From Octopus bimaculoides (lineage: Eukaryota), in assembly GCF_001194135.2 (NCBI RefSeq), contig NC_068981.1, positions 117,597,520-117,650,026 on the forward strand: a DNA stretch of 52,507 nucleotides, in the 5' to 3' direction. The notes beneath the pieces were generated by a model that searched no databases, was not told where the DNA came from, and was given only the letters and a program-made list of their open reading frames with translations. The number at the start of each line of letters is the position of its first letter. Position 1 is the stretch's first letter. Made by a program: the position numbers and the translations under genes. Positions 11,140-23,820 of the stretch are shown piece by piece.

Positions 11140-11365
11140 GTCTAACTTTTTACTAGTTTTAGTCATTCCACTGCGACCATGCTGGAGCACCGCCTGAAAA
11201 CTGTTTAGTCTAAGAAATCGATCTCAGGACTTATTCTAGCGCTTGCTTTTGTATGTATACGTTTATACGACGGGCGTCTATCAGTTTCCGTCTACCAAAT
11301 CGACTCAGAAGGATTTGGTCGGCCAGAGGCTAAAGTAGAAGACAAGCTTCATACCACACAGCCAC
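11140..11365 (-). mobile_element. SINE fragment (family B)
   Basis: ATACGACGGGC..TCAGTTTCCGTCTACCAAAT...TTGGTCGGCC.GAGGCTA.AGTAGAAGAC, the reverse complement of the copy at 21985-22146. Confidence 0.75.
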
Positions 11366-12239
11366 AGCTTCACGTTGCAACTATGTGCAAGATTTCGGAT
11401 TCAACTGTTGTGCAAAAGGTCATAACTGACACATTCCTCAAAGAGGAAAAGATACAGATGCTCATTGTTGACATTAATAGTTCCTAGACTTCTGGGTCAA
11501 ATATTTCTCTGTTGAGCATGATATGGCAGAAAGTAGTTCATTGATAAAAGGAACTACGGCAGTGATTACAAACCATAAACAGTGATGAATTATTTCAGAA
11601 TATTTCATAAAATATGAATAGAAACATCAACGTGCACTATCTACTGTCTGACATGTTTGAATATCTAGGGTTAGTCACGTGTTCAATCCCTTTGATAATA
11701 GGTTTGCCTGCATAAGGCTGACTTGGGGCTAAACAAAATAGAAATATTACTGTTTACGAATGCATACTGGTTATATATTAGTTATTTGGCTAATCACAAT
11801 ATGCATGTAGCGCCATTTATATTGTACGTAATAAAATTATAAATGTTATTCCCATCAAAGTACCTATGTGACAGGTGGCAGATTGTGAAATTCTAGTGGC
11901 AATGACCTCTGAATGTTATGACAGAATGTGTGTTAAGCAGTAGCTCTGTATGATTAGTATAAACAATACTCACATACACATATTCATTCACTCATTCGTT
12001 TGCAAACACAGATGCACACACATACACCCATGAACATTTCTACGTACTCATTCATACATATTTGATATAAATGAGTTAGAACTTTGTTTCACGATTAAGA
12101 GGTCCCATGTTCGATTTCACTGAACATCATTAAAAAAATGCTTCTGAGTAAACGTTGAAAAAGAGAAATTGTGGGAAACCCGCTAGTTGGGCTGTGTATA
12201 GAATTTGGGTTGTGTATAGAATATAGAATATTGTGTCAT

Positions 12240-13060
12240 GCTGATTCTACCGGAGCACTAGTCGAGGAGTTATCACAAGAGGAGAAACAGAAAAAAATGA
12301 TCGTACGGTTACAGAGAAAATAGAAAAGCGTATTTGCGGGTTCCAGAGCTCTTGAAGTAAACGGAAAATGCTATCTTTACAGTGTACTACTGTGAAGTCA
12401 TGCAACAGAGAAACAGATTTGTGGCCGAAACCTGCGCACAGATACACTTCACTGCCCTGAGCAGAGGTGAAGAACTTGCTCTCATTCTGACATATATTAA
12501 CCATTGATTTTCAAAAATGACGTGAAGACACTGGAAGTTTTGCATATCAGATGGCCGTTGTCATACATTGTTCTAGAGGGGAGGGGGAGAAACTAGATTA
12601 TGTCAAGCCCTAGTAGTGATGAGAGGGGAAGGAAAACGGTTAACGAATAGTACTCTATAACTTAAAATAATAAGGTCGATAAAACAACAAATTGGCGAGA
12701 ATCTATCACAAAAGCAGCTAGCAAAACATCACGAACAACACACAGACATATTGAACTCCGGCGTTCGCTGAAGCATTAAAGCTGAACGTAAGGGGGAAAA
12801 AAACTAAATAAAATGAAAAGAGAAGGTATTTGAAAAGAAGCGTCCAACAGGTTTATGGTCTATATCAGGCATTATACTAGCGGTCCAGACAGATTTCTGA
12901 TAGAAATTCCCACCTGAGCAGAGGATCTCCAAATAAAAGCAGCCTATGTAATGCCGCAGAGTAGATTTGAGAAACATTGAAAGCTGGATTGCTCGGTTGA
13001 TAAGAATGTAGGGCGAGTGAACTGCACTACACATTTAGTAGAAGGAGTTAGTTGCATGTA
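12240..13060 (-). mobile_element. Decayed Penelope-like 3' fragment
   Basis: Weak GIY-YIG-like remnant (KPVGRFFSN, cf. KPVARHFN) and a duplicated CTGAGCAGAGG motif at about 12456 and 12914 suggesting a pLTR. Confidence 0.4.
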
Positions 13061-13487
13061 GATAGATTGCAAGCAAAACGATTTACATAACAGGCCACAA
13101 ATCCCTCGCCGTCCCGTCTGATGAGTACGAAGTTGGGTGTTTTGTGTTTGGTGTTGTTTAATTTGTTTGCTTGACTGTAGTGGTGATGGTCTTATTATTT
13201 CGGTTCGGTTGTGTCTATGTGGTCTCTGAGTGTAGTATCTGCAGTTTTAGATGTTTGTGTGAGTATGTTCTTGTGTCTGCTTAGGTTATTTGCGTTTGGG
13301 GGATTCTGGTGATAGTGATGGTTGTGCTGGCTAAATAACAATAGAAAACCAGTAACAGGTTCCTGGTATTTCTATTGAAATCTTGGAATAAAGTAAATAA
13401 TACAAAAAAGCACCAAACCGGCGTAAATAAATGTTTTAAGCTGCACCAACCATGAGCGTTTGAAAACACGTCTTATGTACTCCGCAG

Positions 13488-13489
<2 letters not shown>

Positions 13490-13537
<48 letters not shown>

Positions 13538-13562
13538 TATTATTATTATTATTATTATTATT
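13490..13562. repeat. (AAT)n directly abutting (ATT)n
   Basis: Read directly; the orientation switches at about 13538. Confidence 0.95.
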
Positions 13563-14157
13563 CAGTTGTTTTATTTTTATAGCGTGGTTTCACTTCACTA
13601 CCGAGCGCAGCTCTGTGTGCCTTGGGTATGTGCTGTGGTTTGCTGTGATGCTCTTATGGTTACTGTATTGAAAGTGTTTTGCGTAGGATGTGTGCATTGC
13701 CCAGTAGTGCAATTTTCTGTATGTTATATATATTTGTAAGTCCTGGTGTTTTTGTTATGTATTTGTCTGAATATTTTTTTATCATACCTAAGGCACCTAC
13801 TATGATAGGAATTGTTTCTGTTTTTAGATTCCACATTCGAGTTACCTCTATTTCCAGGTCTTTGTATTTTGAAAGTTTCTCCATTTCTTTAAGGGAGACG
13901 TTGCCATCTGCTGGTATTGATACATCGATTAGAAAGTATTTTTCCCTTCATGATCTTTGACAACTATATCTGGTCTATTTGCCTTAATTTCTCTATCTGT
14001 GTGTATTGGCATATCCCAGAGTATGGTTGCTTTCTCGTTTTCTGTGACCTTTTCTGGCGTGTGTTTATACCATCGTTTTTCTGTTGTTATTCCATAGTGT
14101 TGGCATAGCTTCCAGTGTATATAGGTTCCAGCTCTGTCGTGTCTGTGAATATATTCC

Positions 14158-14160
<3 letters not shown>
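13562..14160 (-). mobile_element. 5'-truncated R4/Dong-like non-LTR retrotransposon (restriction-like endonuclease C-terminus, 3' UTR, (TAA)n tail)
   Basis: Peptide ...WDMPIHTDREIKANRPDIVVK...IDVSIPADGNVSLKEMEKLSKYKDLEIEVTRMWNLKTETIPIIVGALG...ALLGNAHILRKTLSIQ*. (TAA)n tracts on both sides. Confidence 0.9.
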
Positions 14161-14195
<35 letters not shown>

Positions 14196-14199
14196 CATC

Positions 14200-15420
14200 G
14201 TAACACAGTGAAGGTAAAAATGCACCGGAGTCTTTAGTCATCTGTCAAGTTACAACAAGGACCTCAGACAGATATTTTCCTTAAGTTGTGCGATGTGTCG
14301 AATAAGGCTGCTTTTTACAAGACATCAATCTTGCATGGGATTTCCAGTTGCCTTAAGAAGTTTTGAAGTTTCAATGGGATTGAGCCCAATGCTCCGATCA
14401 CCATTGGTATCACTTTTACATTACCCTCTCGCATTCCACAAATACTTGCCATTTCTACTTTCAGTTCAGAGTTCTTGATGATTTTTTCAACCTCTTTCCT
14501 CACAACATTCATGTCATTTGGTATGGATACATCAATGATCTGACAGTATTTGTCTCTCTTACTCAATATGACATTATCCAGCCGATGGTGTTCGATTACA
14601 CGATCCGTCTAAAAATCATAGTCCTAGAGTATCGTTACTTTTCAATCCTCCTGCATAACTTTACTTGTACATGTTCATATCAGTTCTCTGTTACGTCATA
14701 TTGGAATTTACGGCCTAAGAGCCAATGAAGATACACACACACTTTATCGTGACGGCATTTGTATCCACTTTCCAAGTGGGTTACATTTTCCACACTCTTT
14801 CCACAGAGTCTGCATTTCTGGGTGTCAGAAGTTTTACAGATGTTATACTACACGGAATTGGTAGCGAGAGCCTGGTCTTATGCACCAGTGATCAGGCTTT
14901 CAGTGGACCCTTCAAATCACCCCACTCAAGATATGCCCACAATGCTGTATTATCCTTAATGTCCTGTGTATTCCTTTCAAACTGTCCATGCATTGTTATT
15001 TCAAGATGATCTTTTCTTTTCTCCTCAGTTCTTTGGTTAAACTTTTCCTTGCCTATCATATAATCTGCATTTACACCCATATCTTTCGCAGCATATTGCA
15101 GCAGGTCTTTATCACTTTTTGTCAAATACTCGGCAAGCGTTCTCCTTTCACTCCTTATACAATGGTCTACACTAATGTGTCCTCTGCCGCCATTCTTTCT
15201 TTTTATATGCAGCCTGTTTACGTTTGCTTCAGGGTGTTGTGTCCCATGCAGCGTCATCAACTTTCTCGTCCATCTATACGGTGTTGCTATTTCCTCCTTA
15301 ATCCATTTGAGGATGGACACACTGTATCTGACCACCCCAACTGCCCAAATATTCATTGCGGTAATCAAATTAAAATTGCAGGCCTTGTGCCTATATAAGA
15401 ATTATTAGGGCGCCAGAACG
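14200..15420 (-). mobile_element. Second R4/Dong-like LINE family, decayed (RT C-terminus, zinc knuckle, REL)
   Basis: AMNIWAVGVVRYS...RKLMT..G.QHPEANVNRLHIKRKNGGRG; MHGQF...WGDLK; IIDVSIPNDMNVVRKEVEK...VIPMVIGALGSIP. Has stops and frameshifts; its tail is the (TAT)n tract at 14160-14195. Confidence 0.88.
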
Positions 15421-15776
15421 CTAGGGTATTGGACGTATTTCTTGTTGTATTTCTTCCGAGGTTAAATTCCGTTTGGTTTGTCTTTCATCTTTTTGGCATA
15501 GACAAATTAATGTACCAAGCAACTACTGGTTAGATTTACTTGTCTAATCCTGCCTTTCCAATTTGTGTTTTTGTGCCTGTCCAAAACAATTGTTAATTAT
15601 TAATGGTAATAATGCACCCCTTGGCAACTGAAGATGGTAATGATAGCAAATTAAGCGGAATGTATGTAGTCATTGATGAAGAAATAAAAGAAGCAGCTGC
15701 ATACTTTATATATTTAAGAACATTTTTTTTTGTTTAATTAATTATATTATAGTTGAATAAATTAATAAAATGTTAC

Positions 15777-15860
15777 CTTGACCCAGTAATCATTATCAGA
15801 AAAGAAATTTATATTACAAGGTTGCCAAACATCAGACAGGTCAGCATTGTTTTTGCATTC
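15777..15860 (-). CDS. PAPPA: Pappalysin exon I: ECKNNADLSDVWQPCNINFFSDNDYWVK
   Basis: Acceptor cttttcttttgtag|GAA, donor AAG|gtaaca; 84 nt, phase 0 to 0. Fills the recalled QVC...AWYPC...FWLR gap. Not in the ORF track. Confidence 0.9.
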
Positions 15861-16589
15861 CTACAAAAGAAAAGAATGATAAATAGCATGGAGAAGGATT
15901 TTCTGAAATTAATTTTAGCTATAATTGTCCAAAACGCTTGTATTAGGAACAACGTAGTATGCCCGTGGAATCTATCGGTATATTAAAAAGCAGCAACATA
16001 ATGTTCCTTCCCTTACACACAACCACCTGGAAAATAATATTGTTTTAGATATCGACTATCAACAGAATTTAACAGTCACTCATGCTAACCCCGTTTTGAT
16101 GATAGATCTAGTGATATAGTGTTTGTCTGGGATCAAGGAACAGAAAAGTCTTTATAAATTTATTGAAAATATTGATGAAAATTTCAATTCATGAGGATTG
16201 GTATGAAAAGATGATAAGATAAGGTAGCGCAATTTCCAGCACTTAGAAAATTATATTTCTGGAAGAGGATCTTGTACCATCAAAAGAGTTTTGGAGGTGG
16301 TATATTACATGATTGAAGCTCAAAACTTCAGCATCTGATTTAGTAGGGAGATTACAGCTGCGTAAAGACTGATCAGCATATTTATTTGATAACTTACAAT
16401 TTTCTTGGGAATTGAATTAACGTATGAATTAATGCAATTGTGAAGGAAGTGAAATAGTTATGCCGCAAACAACCGGTGGCAAATTGTAGAGCATGAAATA
16501 ACAATGGAATCTAACGAGTAACATTATGATAATACAAAACTTCCTATCCTAACAGTGAGTGGTATTTAGATATTAAACTGACATTCTGT

Positions 16590-16885
16590 GGGCTATGATG
16601 ACGAGGGTTCCAGTGAAATTAATGCACAAGTAGCTGAGCACTCCACTGACACGCGTACCCTCAGCGTAATTCTTAGGAAGATACAGAGCGAGCGATACAT
16701 ACTGTGACAAAGCTGGCCCTTCCAATTACATGGTACTATTAATTTTTGCCAGCCGAGTGAACTGGAGCAATGTAAAATAAAATGTCTTACTCATGGACAC
16801 AATGCACTGTCGGGTATCGAACACAACTCTCGACCTTACGATCGTGAGTCGAACACCCTAACCACTAAGCCACGTACCTTCCACG
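16590..16885 (-). mobile_element. tRNA-derived SINE (family C)
   Basis: Near-identical to 44015-44338 (GTGAAATTAA.GC.CAAGT.GCTGAGCACTCCAC.GACACGCGTAC...GTGAACTGGAGC...CCCTAACCACTAAGCCACG). Confidence 0.85.
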
Positions 16886-17869
16886 GTATTTAGATATATT
16901 CGCTACAGCTCAGCATAGTAATGGTGAAGAGTCACTTGCAGTTGATCTTTTAGTGTGCAGACTGATATGCAAAATACATCATAGTTCAAAGGTTTGAATG
17001 TAACAAGGAAAACTACTGATAATAAATTTTATATATAAAGTGATCGTGTTGACATGATTTCAATTTCATCTTATGCTCTGAGGGAAGAAGTCATCTATTA
17101 AATCTCGTAGGTTAAATGAACTGTTTGGAAGCCATGTGTCCGACTGCAGACGCAAAACACCACCGATGACCTGATATAAACCACCTATAATTTCGATCAT
17201 CTAAATTCATATCAGTCCTCAAAGACCCATTACTCGAAATGGTGAACAATATTGGATTATAATGAGGATTATATAATAATGTATATAGTTCGATTTACTT
17301 ATTTAGCGTTTCAAATACCTTAAATTAACTGTCTCCTAAAGAATCTTACGAAAGAATCCCACAGAAAAGACACAAAGAAAAAAAAACAGGATTAGAGAAA
17401 AGAAGGAAGAAGTGGAAGAGGAAAGACATTGAGTGTAGTCAAATGTAGTGCTGACATAAAGGCTCCACATTCATAAACAAAGCTAATGCGAATGTACATA
17501 TGTTTCTACAAGGACACTTGATGAGCAAGAAATAGTAGCCATGTGTTCCTACTGTACCTACACATTGGTTTAAAGATGCTCAATACACACCTGAAAAAGA
17601 AACTGGGATGTTTACAGGTAAAATACCTTTGCTCATAGACTTAAAATAAAGCCGATATAGGAACAACATATGGATTAAACTTCTGTTAGACTTCAAAAGT
17701 CAAAGGATGACGTCTACAATAGTGACCATCAATACCATCATCATCTTCATCCGAAAGAATCTCTTCATCATGTTCTCGTACACTAAATGTTATATCTTTT
17801 CGTAACCTCTTTCGTCTTTGTAATTGAACTGAATCCCTATTGAAACGGTGGGGTCGGATGGAAAATTAC

Positions 17870-18072
17870 CTGAAACCTTGACGGAGCACCAATCAGTACG
17901 TCTTCTGGACATTCAGGCATCTTTTGATGCTGTGGGTTACCACTGACAGAAATAGGCCACTGATCTTCGTAACCGGGTGGTGTGAAAAATCCACAGTCAC
18001 GTAAACTGGAACCTTCTTCGTCTTTTTCACATACACCATCACCATCATATCGGTAACACAGGCTGGGTGTAC
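17870..18072 (-). CDS. PAPPA: Pappalysin exon H: TPSLCYRYDGDGVCEKDEEGSSLRDCGFFTPPGYEDQWPISVSGNPQHQKMPECPEDVLIGAPSRFQ
   Basis: Acceptor tgttgtag|GT, donor CAG|gtaatt; 203 nt, phase 1 to 0. Matches recalled EPSRCYFHDGDGVCEEFE...KDCGVYTPQGFLDQW. Confidence 0.97.
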
Positions 18073-18235
18073 CTACAACATTATATATATATGGATACAT
18101 AATTGTACATTGTGATACTGTAAGACTGGAATAAGCATAATTTTAGTAAAATACTACAGTAAAGTACTCAATTTCTCAAGTAGAAGGTACATAAATATAT
18201 TTCTTTATAAATATATAGATGTGTGTGTGTATGTA

Positions 18236-18269
<34 letters not shown>

Positions 18270-18354
18270 TGTACGTATATATAAATATATTGATGAGAGN
18301 NNNNNNNNNNNNNNNNNNNNNNNNNNNNNNNNNNNNNNNNNNNNNNNNNNNNNN

Positions 18355-18386
<32 letters not shown>

Positions 18387-18516
18387 TGTGTTTATCGTTA
18401 AGCATGAGTGGCTTATCAGACATGTTCTTAAAAATTGCCGACGTCATGTGAAGATCATGAAGACTCGCCCTATATTATATTCAACATGTCTACCAGCATC
18501 ACTGAAAGCATAGATG

Positions 18517-19812
18517 TATTCGAGGAGGTACCCAAAAGTAACCGGAAACGTTCTCTGTTGGACAAGTCTGTTGTAGTTCAGGATTCCGCCGCTAGAAGCC
18601 ACTTGATGCGCGCCTCAGGCATTAGTCTGCTGACTAGTGTCGTGGTATATCTTTGCTTTGCATTGCTTCTCCCCTCTTTGTCGATTTTTGTGATGGCTGA
18701 AACGAAGGAACAACGTGCTTCTCTTCGTGAAATTTTGTTTTCTGCTGGGGAAAACAGCGGCCGAAACAGGTGCCATGCATCAAACAGCTTACAAGGACGC
18801 CATGAGCAAAAGACAGGTTTACGACTGGTCTTCACGCTTTAGGAATAAACACTTGTTGCTTGAAGACCAACCTCGTTCAGGGCGACTGTCGTCCTCCCGA
18901 ACGAATGAAAACATCGCGAAAATTCACGAACTGATTTTGGAGGACCACTACCGAACAAATGACGAACTCATTCATATCACTTGTATGTTCTGGAGCCCCT
19001 GTCAACGAATTTTGAGCGAGGAATGAAAAGAGCGGTGTGCTTCGTTGCTCACGGAGGATAAAAAGCAGACACGATTGAATGCTTGCTGTGAAATATAAGA
19101 ACAGTTTGAAGTTGATCCAGAGCTTTTTTCGAAAATCATCACTAGTGAGGAAAGCTGGTGCTACGGCTATGACATGGAAACGTAGAAGCAATCAAATCAA
19201 TGGAAGCATTCAATGTCAACACGCCCTTACCCGCAAAGCGGGTCAAGTGAAGTTGAATGTCAAGAGGATGCTGATTCGTTTCATTGATACGAAAGTAATT
19301 GTCCACACAGAATTTGTTCCTCCTGTTTAAACTGTCAACTAGACATTAATTGGCTGTTCTGAAGCATTGGCGAGACGCAGTGAGACGAAAATGCCTCTAC
19401 ATGTGGCAAAGTGAAGAATGGTAGTTTCATAGCGACAATACACTTGACACACCACCTAGCGTATAAGACAGTTTTTGATTTTAAAAATGGCATGATCCTG
19501 CTTACCCCTCCTTCCTTATTCACACAATCTTGCTCCCTGCAACATATTTTTACCCCGAACAAAAAAATGTCCTTAAAGGAAAACGTTTTGTGGACGTGGG
19601 AGAGGTGAAGAAAAAACGACGAAGCCATTAAAAAGCATCACTTCGCATGAGTTTCAGGACTGCTTCGAACAGTGAAAAACGCGTCTGGAACGACGCATTG
19701 CTTCAAATGGATAATACTTTGAAGGCGATAAAAGTGTAAACATGTAAAATTAAGTGAATAAAATAATATTGCAAAATAATAATATTCTGGGTTGTTTTGG
19801 GTACCCTTAATA
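18517..19812 (+). mobile_element. Near full-length but inactivated mariner element (about 1.3 kb)
   Basis: TIRs TA-TTCGAGGAGGTACCCAAAAGTAACCGGAA and TTCTGGGTTGTTTTGGGTACCCTTAA-TA. Frameshifted transposase: VKFCFLLGKTAAET...VYDWSSRFRN...EDQPRSGRLSSSRTNENIAK; ITSEESWCYGYD; VKRMLIRFIDTKVIVHTEFVP. Confidence 0.93.
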
Positions 19813-19839
19813 TGTATAGAATTATCAGAAATACGGTAC

Positions 19840-19931
19840 CTTTGCACCTGTAGAATTTTTCTACCTGGCAATGCATTGTGCATCCATCTCCGTTGTGGAC
19901 ATTTCCATCATCACATGATTCTGCAAGTTGG
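19840..19931 (-). CDS. PAPPA: Pappalysin exon G (Myxococcus-type Cys-rich repeat): QLAESCDDGNVHNGDGCTMHCQVEKFYRCK(G)
   Basis: Acceptor tttttaaag|C, donor AAAG|gtaccg; 92 nt, phase 2 to 1. Contains the E.CDD.N..NGDGC...C..E..F/Y.C motif. Confidence 0.95.
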
Positions 19932-20052
19932 CTTTAAAAAATGAAATCAAAGGAAAGTGTTGCACAGTAAGTAATGTTGTATCGAATGAAATTAGGCTCT
20001 ATGTATACGTGTGTGTTTGCGCGCGTGCGCGCGTGTGTGAATGTGTGTATGA

Positions 20053-20165
<113 letters not shown>

Positions 20166-20536
20166 TCTCAGTATCCTAGGTTTTATCAAGTTTTACAAGT
20201 AACGTGCTGATAGTGTCTCAGAAATTAAATTTCAGCCTGTTAGCTTTCTTCAAACAGTTTGGGCGAAATGCATCTGGTCGAAATTTCGAAGTTGCTCGGA
20301 AAAGTTTAATAAGCCTGTACACTAATAAAAATTTCGTTTCGTGGTGATACGAGTACGCGACATTGACAAACAGTAGCAACGGTGAAATACATATCTGTCG
20401 CTCTCGATTTTAGCCAATCTGAGCACAATGTGGTCTGTGGGCGTATGTACTAATCATATGTGTATTTAAATGTAGTTATAAACTTGTAATAGATATGAGC
20501 GTACTGCCTTAGGAATGAAAACCGGTGCAAACAAAC

Positions 20537-20665
20537 CTTTCTACCCTTCCGTTGCCACAAAATGGCTGACCGTGGTAATAATAAAGGGATGGTGATAAGG
20601 TACTCTTTTTGTTTCCGATATTAACTTGGATTGTGTAACTATAATTCGCTCCGCGCTTTACAGAT
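20537..20665 (-). CDS. PAPPA: Pappalysin exon F: SVKRGANYSYTIQVNIGNKKSTLSPSLYYYHGQPFCGNGRVE(S)
   Basis: Acceptor tttattacag|A, donor GAAAG|gtttgt; 129 nt, phase 2 to 2. Matches recalled GSVYQYWV...SEPSPAVTYIHGSGYCGDG. Confidence 0.94.
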
Positions 20666-21984
20666 CTGTAATAAAGAAAAGAAGATGTGAATTCAATTTG
20701 TGTAAACGGAGAATAATCAAGCCAACGACGAATACACAATGGGTCAAGAATTAAACTGACCAAATATTTGATAATTTGACACGAAAGTGTCGAAACAACA
20801 TAGCACTTAGGTGAGGTGAGACACACTATTAAAAGTAAGACTAATGAACAAAACAAAATGCTTTCTTTCACAATCTTGCTACCAAGCAGGTGGCCGGTCA
20901 AAATTAACTCTAAATTAAAAAGAGAAAAAGGAACAAAACAAAACATACATAATACATACTTGCACACAAACGCTCATATGATATATCCATTGCATTTATA
21001 TGTATGTGTGGAGATGCTTATGTTTGTGAGTAGGTGATTGGATTTAGGATCCATGCAGATGAGAATATGCGTGTGCACCTGCACATGTATGCATGTATGG
21101 GAGAGCTTCTGTGTATAGATAGTAATGAATATAGGCTTATACTTTTGAATTTTTGTATAAGTGCGAGGGTACATATTTATACATATACACTGCATATATT
21201 TTTTACCTACGAATATATGTTAAATGGAACTTATTGAAGGAACTTCGAAATGAGATTTATATTTTGGATGTACAAAACTTTCTATACAATATATTGAGTA
21301 TCTCTGACAATATTTCTGATTCTTTTTCCTGTCATAAAAAAACTCTGGATAGCTTACAATGACATATATGCATACATTTATGTGCAATAAAACATGTGAC
21401 ATTATTGTTTGCATAGATTGTAATAATATGTTTGTATGTGTTTAATAGCAACATAACGAAAATTCGGGTACCTAAATATCAAGATTATAACAATTAGTGA
21501 TTTACGTGTAATTATGTAAATCATGAACAATGGTGACATTGAATCAGTTTCAAAGCATTAAGTTTATCATCCTTGAACAATTATGTGCACATAAAATCTT
21601 AGAGGATACCGAACAATATTTTCTACTCAGTCTCATTCAGAATTTAAGAGAAATTTCGCAGCCATAAAAGAATTGATTATTCTAAGCCACTACATAGTAG
21701 TATCGAAGTGAGGACCACGTGATAAGGAAGCAAATCTCTTCAACCAATATGTGTACTTGCGTAATGGAAACAGTGAAATCATTGAAACCATATTACTTCA
21801 CTCATGTTGATTATATTATGAAGGAAGATATAAATATAAATATAGCGACTTCTTTTCACTTTCTTTGGTAGTATAAAGAAAGTAGAAAAAAAAAGACAGA
21901 TGGAAATGATCATTTGTATTACATGTACAACTCAACAATAGATATTTTGTTAATTTGTAGCTTGTCGATGACACTATATTAAAT

Positions 21985-22146
21985 ATAATAGGCGCAAAAC
22001 GGTTAAGAAGTTCGCTTTACAACCCTGATGTTCAGGGTTCGATCCCATTGCATGATATCTTAGGATAATTCATTTATCATAGACTACGGTTGATGCAAGC
22101 CTTGTGATTTAATTTAGGTATGCGGAAACTATAGAAGCCCGTCGTT
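21985..22146 (+). mobile_element. tRNA-derived SINE (family B), decayed
   Basis: GGCGCAAAACGGTTAAGAAGTTCGCT...GGGTTCGATCCCA...CGGAAACTATAGAAGCCCGTCGT. Confidence 0.7.
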
Positions 22147-22563
22147 TGGACTATACCAGTAATTCATGGTTCTAAGCATGTCACAAGTGTGTCAAACTAA
22201 TCCTACTTGGATCAGAGCAAGGATGAACGTGCATGTTAACTCAATAAGGAGATTATGCAGGTGATCGAACAACTTGATACACGTACGAGAAATTTGTGTT
22301 GCGAGTCAATCATTTAGTATCAAAAAATCCATTATACCCACCTACTCGAAAATATACTACACATTTGTGCAGAATGAAGTTGGGGAGAGGAAGCCAATGT
22401 TAAGTGGTGCAGTAGAGAGAAACGAACGAAAAACTTTTAGCAATTTACAGTCCTGAGATTGACCTGTTATATATGGGAGTCATTAATTGACCGAAAGAAA
22501 GGTTCAGATTACGAACGAATGAATTATGGAGATATTAGGACGTTAAGAATATTTAACTCGTAC

Positions 22564-22733
22564 CTATCTGTAAACATCGTGTTACTGGTATATACAGGTC
22601 TTGGAAATTTTGGATTTCTTATCACTTGGTATTTTGTTGGTCGGCAGCTGTTACAAACCCTGGCACTTGCAGGTGTCGAAACTAGCTGAATGGCGTCAAT
22701 GCCTACATACCCGTTATTTGTGTATACGCGAAT
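22564..22733 (-). CDS. PAPPA: Pappalysin exon E: IRVYTNNGYVGIDAIQLVSTPASARVCNSCRPTKYQVIRNPKFPRPVYTSNTMFTD(R)
   Basis: Acceptor tttttcacag|ATT, donor GATAG|gtacga; 170 nt, phase 0 to 2. Matches recalled IQIYT...EIDAAML...LCLQCKPLKYKVVRDP. Confidence 0.95.
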
Positions 22734-23820
22734 CTGTGAAAAAATAACCAACATATATTTTTATTTATACACACAGTAGACTACGCACATGATAACAAAA
22801 ATACACACATTCATATATATATATATATATATATATANNNNNNNNNNNNNNNNNNNNNNNNNNNNNNNNNNNNNNNNNNNNNNNNNNNNNNNNNNNNNNN
22901 NNNNNNNNNNNNNNNNNNNNNNNNNNNNNNNNNNNNNNNNNNNNNNNNNNNNNNNNNNNNNNNNNNNNNNNNNNNNNNNNNNNNNNNNNNNNNNNNNNNN
23001 NNNNNNNNNNNNNNNNNNNNNNNNNNNNNNNNNNNNNNNNNNNNNNNNNNNNNNNNNNNNNNNNNNNNNNNNNNNNNNNNNNNNNNNNNNNNNNNNNNNN
23101 NNNNNNNNNNNNNNNNNNNNNNNNNNNNNNNNNNNNNNNNNNNNNNNNNNNNNNNNNNNNNNNNNNNNNNNNNNNNNNNNNNNNNNNNNNNNNNNNNNNN
23201 NNNNNNNNNNNNNNNNNNNNNNNNNNNNNNNNNNNNNNNNNNNNNNNNNNNNNNNNNNNNNNNNNNNNNNNNNNNNNNNNNNNNNNNNNNNNNNNNNNNN
23301 NNNNNNNNNNNNNNNNNNNNNNNNNNNNNNNNNNNNNNNNNNNNNNNNNNNNNNNNNNNNNNNNNNNNNNNNNNNNNNNNNNNNNNNNNNNNNNNNNNNN
23401 NNNNNNNNNNNNNNNNNNNNNNNNNNNNNNNNNNNNNNNNNNNNNNNNNNNNNNNNNNNNNNNNNNNNNNNNNNNNNNNNNNNNNNNNNNNNNNNNNNNN
23501 NNNNNNNNNNNNNNNNNNNNNNNNNNNNNNNNNNNNNNNNNNNNNNNNNNNNNNNNNNNNNNNNNNNNNNNNNNNNNNNNNNNNNNNNNNNNNNNNNNNN
23601 NNNNNNNNNNNNNNNNNNNNNNNNNNNNNNNNNNNNNNNNNNNNNNNNNNNNNNNNNNNNNNNNNNNNNNNNNNNNNNNNNNNNNNNNNNNNNNNNNNNN
23701 NNNNNNNNNNNNNNNNNNNNNNNNNNNNNNNNATATATATAATGTACTGTTCCGTGATGGTAAGATAAGCAAAAAAATTACTCCATCTGGTGAGAGATAA
23801 ATATTATTTAATAGACACAA

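Noticed and set aside
13110-13125. CTGATGAGTACGAAG hammerhead-like core
   Set aside because: Lacks GAAA, stem III and a cleavage triplet.
17425-17590. Strong acceptor tttctttttcag|GTGTGT giving VC, like the human QVC junction
   Set aside because: It reads VCIEHL then stop. The true homologous exon is 15777-15860. It could only be a poison exon, and I have no evidence for that.
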